Shown here: in pieces, positions 60,610 through 64,000 of the stretch
Layout of the letters: each line of letters opens with the position of its first letter
Numbering within the stretch: the first letter of the stretch is position 1
From: Heteronotia binoei
Lineage: Eukaryota
NCBI RefSeq assembly: GCF_032191835.1
Contig: NC_083243.1
Span: forward strand, 32,364,001-32,428,000
DNA length: 64,000 nt
Direction: 5' to 3'
Notes under the pieces: generated by a model
What the model was told of the DNA's origin: nothing
Seen by the model: only the letters and a program-made list of their open reading frames with translations
Databases searched by the model: none
Made by a program: the position numbers and the translations under genes

Positions 60610-61412
60610 TGTGGCAGAATATGCCCACTCTGCCCTGCAGGCCTCGTTTCTGCCTTGCCCTCCTTGGGCTTCTTAATTTCCCAGGAGGGGCTTTTCCTTT
60701 TCTATAGGGTAGCCCACCACAACCTCCTGATCCATAATGGGGTTTTCCACTGAAAGAATCAGGGCCTTCTGTTCCTCTTCCAGGCTCAAAGGCCTTGCCT
60801 CAGTGTCTCCTGCTAGCCCAGTGCCTGGCTACCATGGGGACAGATTAACACTTTGTGTGCCCCTGGGGGAAGAGCCAGTTGCTAACTGCTTGCCTTCGCT
60901 CCCCCTGGGTCCCATTTAAAATAGTGTGTCTGAAACAGTGGTGGTCTATGAGTACAGAGAACCGGTTCCTGGCTCAAAAGTTGAAAGTATTTATTAAAAA
61001 GAAAATGTTTACAAGCCTATTTTTAGCACCACGCCAGAGTGAAAGAAGGAAGAACAAAATAAATTGTTAAAATACAAAATGAGCCCTAACTACATCTTAA
61101 AATTAGGACAGGCTCTTTATCTTTGGTGTCCTAGTTCTCTGAAGATCCTCCATTACCCTGAGGCCTAGTCCAGCTCTCTAGCCCAGCCACATGGTCTAAA
61201 AATGGCTGCCTGATCTCTACCTCTGACAGGAAGTCTGTTCAGCTCAGTATCCCAAAGGAAAGAGAGAGCCCTTACAAATATCTGTGCCTAACTTGCTGGT
61301 GAAATACTACAAAGGATGGTGATGCTTAATCTGTGGTTCCTGCCTGAACCCAAAAATTGATTAAGAACATTCCAGAATCCAGTGCAGTTCTAGTTTGTAG
61401 GCTTCTACAACA
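60610..61412 (-). mobile_element. Possible LTR remnant
   Basis: TG/CA-type ends and a minus-strand AATAAA near 60990. No TSD found. Confidence 0.3.
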
Positions 61413-62163
61413 TATAAAATTTTGACACACAAATTTTATTCAGGCTGTTTTCACTTCCTTTTCTTTTAAAAATTATTTTATTTATTCCCTATTCTCGAGT
61501 TATTACATAATTCTCAATATGGCACTAAAGCTTTGGAAGTTCCTCTCCAGAGAGATTTGTCATTCTGCCTATTAATGTCTTTTGCCAGCAGATGAAGTCT
61601 TTTTTGTTTCATTTGGCATACACCCACTCTCTATATATGTAGGAGTGCTAATTCCATACCATACTATTGTCTGATGAAGTGTGCTTTTAGCACACGAATG
61701 CTTACTTTCTCAATAAAATTTCATTGGTCTTAAAGGCGCTACTGGACTCCAACTTTGTTCTACCCCCATAACAGTTACTGTTCTCGTGTTGTTTGTTTAT
61801 ATGTTTTAATTGAATCATTTTATAATTTTAACTGTATTTTTAATTGCATGAATGTTTTGATTTTTTAAAATATTTGTCACCTTGTGAACCCTGATATGGT
61901 GGAAAGGTGGCATAACACGTTTTAAATGAAACATTATTTAAATAAACAAATTCTACCCCCCCCCCCCTTGGTTGACTCATTGGGCTGATATTTTTTGGGA
62001 TTTGTTCCCTTCAGCCATCGGATCCTCCTAGCCAGGTTCTAAGCAGACAGGCCTGTAATTGCGAATTAAAATGCCCACCTGAAGACCAGGCATAAAGATA
62101 TAGGAGACATTTGGTGTATGAGTTTTTCCAGGCATCCCCAAATGGGATTGGTGTTTAAGTGAA

Positions 62164-62414
62164 AGAAGAAGGTATTGGATTTATATCCCACTCTTCACTC
62201 TGAATCTCAGAGCGGCTCACAATCTCCTTTATCTTCTTCCCCCACAACAAACACCCTATGATGTAGATGGGGCTGAGAGAGCTCTCGCAGAAGCTGCCCT
62301 TTCAAGGACAACTCTGTGAGAGCTACGGCTAATCTAAGGCCATTCCAGCAGCTGCAAGTGGAGGAGTAGGGAATTAAAGCTGGTTCTCCCAGATAAGAGT
62401 CCGTGCACTTAACC
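62164..62414 (-). mobile_element. Squam3-like SINE
   Basis: Tail, core and most of the head on the minus strand. Confidence 0.85.
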
Positions 62415-63834
62415 AATTTCAACATTCAGGTTTATATTATCTCATCATCCACCTTTGAATCCAGTATGTTATATATTTACAGCCACATGTGTTGTCACCA
62501 ATGGCTTCTTGCATGACAGAGCTGCAAGACACCAACCAGGACTGCTGCTCCTCTTAAAACCCAACATGGAACCTAATTGGTGATGAATTCGACAGAAATG
62601 ACAAACTGCAAACAAAGCCCAGTGAGATATTTATTCCTGAAGAATAAATTTTTACCAAAATACCAGTGCATCAAATATATTCCCAAATAACTGCCTATGA
62701 CTGACCCCCGTGTGCATTTATTTCTCCCATAAAAATAGCAATAACAGTATGGTCCGTCCACCCATGAAATATTTGAGATAAATGTATTGCATTAGTTATA
62801 TCCATCTGGTGATCAACCGTTTGCCTGAGATATGAGCTAGCGCGGTGGAAATAATACTTTTTTTTCACTGCATTGTCTTTAACATTGTCTCTCGAAACTG
62901 TCTTTGTGTTTTAAGGACTTCAATGAACCTCATGTAAGTGAGCTGAGAGCTTTTTTCACAAGGAATGCTCTGCCAATTATGCGACCTCATTGCCTGGGTG
63001 AAGGGTAATCCCAGAAACTGGAACTATCGATGTAAATAAAGCACATTGTATGCTTACTTTTGTAATATTGTTTCATGCTATTTTATTCACTGTGATTGTG
63101 TGTGTATGTGTGGCGGAGGGAAGAAGCACTTTCCATGGCTTTGATATTGACTTTGTTGTATTATATCTCCTCCCATTCACTCTGCATCTGATGTCTTTTC
63201 AATATGGTTCATTCCTTTCCACTTAAAGCATCCTATTATTTTATTTTCTTTTGTTATGTGATGAGTGGAGACATGCACTACAAACTTTTCATTTCGACCA
63301 TCTTTACGGCTGTATTCAGTAACCGAGCTTGATTATTAAATTTGAGCGTTATTCTGCTTCAATCCACTTCTGTGCTATGTTCTCCGGCCAAGTCGTCTAA
63401 GCACAGACCATAAACCAGATGTGGATCTTAACTTTTTTCAGAACTTAATTTTGCCACTTGGTTTGGATCACAGGGAAGTTTTCAGACTGCAGTCTTTGAT
63501 GCCTTATGTTTGCGTTCATAAAAATTATATGGAAAGTTATAAAAGGGTGATAAGACTTTCCAGTTTTACCACCAAATGGAAAAGCTGTCCACACAAAGAA
63601 TTTATAACCATCTTGTAGCAATTTTGAAGATCTAAAATCATTTTAGCTGATTGTGCGTTAGCGATGTTGAAAAGAATGTAAACCTAGCAGTTTGTGTGTT
63701 GGACCCTGGAGAAGCAAGTCTGCCTCCCGCTTACCTATGGGAAGGTCCTATCCTTTATGCGCATGAACATGTGCTGAATTCCATAGGCTAACATAAAATT
63801 TGTGAGCAAGGGGAACCGTGCATGGTGATCTCAC

Positions 63835-64000
63835 CTAATGGTGTAGTGATTACAAAAGGTAGATTCTAATCTGGAAAACCAGGTTTGATTCCCCATTTGT
63901 CCTCCACTTGCAGCCACTGGGTGACCTTGAGTCAGTCACAGTTCTCCCAGAGCTCTCTCAGTCCCACTTACCTCACAGGGTGTCTGTTGTGGGGAGAGGA
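63835..64000 (+). mobile_element. Squam3-like SINE, cut by the window end
   Basis: tggtgtagtg head, ggtttgattcc B box and core. Confidence 0.8.

Noticed and set aside
63421-63618. 65-aa ORF after a tttttcag acceptor
   Set aside because: No recognisable homology and no convincing donor.

Overview
Vertebrate genomic DNA, almost certainly from a gecko (Gekkota). The inference rests on abundant Squam3-like CORE SINEs, Sauria SINEs, squamate CR1/L2/Penelope fragments and many hAT MITEs with TAGGGTTGCCA or CAGGGCTTTTT ends. I found no complete protein-coding gene. The one recognisable host coding sequence is a 130-codon SLC22-family first exon, most similar to SLC22A31 (41208-41597, minus strand). 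It is not part of a resident gene. It lies inside a 1,197-bp non-autonomous hAT element (40648-41844) with both terminal arms and a perfect 8-bp target-site duplication (GAGGGGAA). That element splits an older hAT MITE, so this looks like Pack-type capture of a gene fragment by a DNA transposon. Two relatives of this hAT family (1-824, 36638-36992) carry a different GC-rich interior. Other notable structures are a ~650-bp inverted Penelope-like pair with hammerhead-ribozyme core motifs, a double-hairpin tandem array at 44.2-44.6 kb, several fold-back elements, nested and tandem MITE insertions with verifiable TSDs, and a few unique segments with possible microexons or enhancers. There is one 168-N assembly gap. 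Repeat family names come from my recollection of consensus features, not from a database search. Boundaries are approximate unless a TSD is quoted.
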